A stretch of 64,000 nucleotides of DNA from the human T2T-CHM13v2.0 reference genome, Homo sapiens, in NCBI RefSeq assembly GCF_009914755.1, contig NC_060945.1, one strand, 5' to 3'. Position numbers and translations under genes: made by a program. Below the pieces are notes generated by a model that was not told the origin of the DNA, ran no database searches, and saw only the letters and a program-made list of their open reading frames with translations. Positions 1-64,000 of the stretch are shown here, piece after piece (positions within the stretch are counted from its first letter, which is position 1; every line of letters starts with the position of its first letter).

Positions 1-870
1 CTCTGGACTATTTATAGTTAATACAAAATGAAATACTTCTGTCTGAGACAAAATTCTCCTATGGCAGATAGAATCGTCTGCAACACAGACATTATAGGAA
101 AGGAGAATTTTGTGCTCTGCCAGCTTAGAACAGAAGTCACCTGCTGCATCAGTGCTATACATTTAAACACCTTTATTTGCATATATAAGAAAATTTTTAT
201 TTCAAAATAAGTTAATTTGATAGAATCAGGATCATTTTTCCCAGACTTGAAATTACAATGACAACCACATCACCATTCATCACATTAGAATTAATTTGTA
301 ATCTAAGCAGGATTTGTGATGACAATATTAAAATTGGTGCTATTTTTACAGAGAAAGGTGTTGGAAGGACCTTTAGATAATCTTGTTATACTGGTAACTT
401 TCATCTTTCTAAACCATCAATTCTTCCTTACCAATAACAATCTTGCTACTAAAACCATTTGAAAAAATATTTCCCCCAAATATTTTTTCCTAAAAAACAT
501 ACTGAATTTTGTGTTTATGTAATTACATAAATGCCATTGTTAAAACCAAGAACCGATCTGGTTTTGCCAAAAAGGCCTTCATATACCTAAATCTTACTTT
601 CTTGAAGTTACACGTTTTAGTTTTGTTAATTTTCATAAAAAAATGAAGCAAAAAGTGGTAAAGCATTAGCAAGAACAACTACATGGTTCCTAAAATCCAA
701 AATACTAAGAAAAAGAAAAAGCAGGTTTTATGGTATGATAGAATTTATTAATGGAGACAGGTGGTTTTAAAAATGGGTGAAACTTTAGATGTATGAAGCA
801 GAGATTCATACATCTAATGTGTTGAGACGGATGAAAACACATGTAAGATTGATAAATTGTCAGATACCTG

Positions 871-61312
<60,442 letters not shown>

Positions 61313-61556
61313 TTAGCTTATGGAATACTAAGTAACAAAGTATGACTTTTAAAATAATCTCCTGGAAAATTAATTTAATATTATTAAATTTAAAGGCACA
61401 AACAACAAATCAATTCATTTACATTTACTATGCTAGGGATCAGAAGATAGGGCTATAAAACGAGATCCTTCAACATGTGATCTATGATCCACAGAAAAGG
61501 AGTATTTTTGTGTTTTTAGTATCTGTGGCCCATTTCTGTTATGTCTTTATATATAA

Positions 61557-62158
<602 letters not shown>

Positions 62159-63523
62159 ATGAAGCTCTACTTTTAAGGCTTGACTTTTATAAGGCTCTAT
62201 TTTAATTAATTTAAATTTAAATAGCAAGATGTGGCTAGTGGCTACCACATTAGATAGTGCAGGCATAGGGTTTATCATCGCTCCAAATACTTTTAGCATT
62301 CTAGGTAACAGATGTGGCCTGGTTTCCAAACTTTTTTCAGAGAAACAAATTTTATTCAAACAAACATGCAGAAGCCCAATGATTATGATACAGATAAAAG
62401 CTGCTATGGCTAAAGTGGGGATTGGGACTGAACTTTGCTGGGTTGGCCTTCTCACCCTGATTACCCCTCAGGGATCTCTCCTGGAACCTTAGACCTCCAC
62501 AGAACATATAAAGAAGCTACTAACAATATACCACTAAGGAAAATACATTGTTAAGTGGAAAAACTCTATCAATTTGAAAATGAGTTTTCTATATTATTGA
62601 AGCTTGACTCTTTAGGTTTTAAGTGGAATTCTTCTACTTAAGTGCTCCGTACTCTCTCTCTCTTCCTGTCTTAAATAAGGTATAAAAGATGTAATAGCAT
62701 TATCTTGAAGACTCACAGCAATAGCCCCAACTCCCTGCCAGCCCCTCAGATTACAGGCTGCAACAGAGATAAAAAGGGTGGTCAGCAGTTCTGGAAAACC
62801 AGCTATGACCCCAACCCCTCTTATCCATCCAGGAAATCACACAGGAATATAAATGAGTGATGATATTACAACAGGGATAATGTTAAATCTGATGACCATT
62901 ACTTATTTTAAAAATACACTGACTTAAACTTCCATACTTTACTATTACCCACATTGATCTGAGGCAAAGTTCAAACTGGTTGTGACCCAGTATGTCCAAC
63001 CACCACAGCTGAGACCTACGCCACAGCAAAGTTATAAGAAACTTACTTGTCCTCATTTAAATAGACCTTAAATCCTATGCATTTTGTGCAGGCAGAGTTT
63101 CTCTCTCTGCTGTCAGTTTTCATTTTTCTTTGCTGTCAGTGTGTCACTGTTTTAGCATTTAAATTTATACATGACTTTTGACTGGCAGCAGCTTAGAATT
63201 TCCAATGGAGTAAAGCTATCTGGGCTTTGTCACAGGTATCTGCCACTCTTTGGCTACAAAAATTACATGGTTGTATCCTGGAAAATATTGCTACTAAGTG
63301 CAAGGGTATGCACAATGAATTCCAAAAGTTCCCGTTTTTCTATATAAACTGAAGCTCAAGAATGCCAATCCTTAGCAAAATTGTAAAATGAGCAAAATTC
63401 ACCTTTGGTGCTCTAGCTGTCCCTTTGTTCAACCTGTCTCCTGCTGGACAAATCTCAGGCTTTCTTTTATCTGACTTTGCCCCCATCTCTACTCTTAAGT
63501 GAATTAAAAAAAAAAAAAAAGGA

Positions 63524-63828
<305 letters not shown>

Positions 63829-64000
63829 TTAATCATGCCTATTGATTAAACCTAGGCAATATATCTGCATCTGCTTGGACTTCTAATTGTTGTATGAAAG
63901 CTTTTATCTCTCAATCTAAGAAACTTTGGGTAAAAATGAGGAGGGAAAAAAATGTAAGGACAGCTGCAACACATTTACCTTTTCAAGGGACTTCAACATC

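Overview
This is AT-rich primate DNA (human or a very close ape) from inside SYNJ1 (synaptojanin-1), on the minus strand; I recognised the gene from its peptide sequence. I placed 28 GT-AG exons between 61289 and 868. They join into one continuous reading frame covering most of the Sac1 phosphatase domain, the whole inositol 5-phosphatase domain, the RRM-like region and the proline-rich domain, and end in the stop-carrying micro-exon (QEQPSG*) of the short isoform. The first exons and the long isoform's terminal exon lie outside the window. The introns hold a 5.4-kb gag/pro/RT-deleted HERV-E/Harlequin-type provirus antisense to the gene, four solo LTRs, about 20 Alus, and MIR, L2, CR1 and DNA-transposon fossils. 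I found no evidence for a wholly new biological system. The most interesting signals are splicing-architecture ones: (1) three small proline-rich-domain exons look like a tandem exon triplication, each carrying an SPxxxR[KR][DE] unit at the same offset; (2) an Alu target-site duplication appears to have copied a 5' splice site; (3) a YCAY cluster follows the stop micro-exon; (4) several perfect intronic tandem duplications, including one of 111 bp, may be young or polymorphic. Repeat family names and boundaries come from remembered consensus sequences and are approximate.
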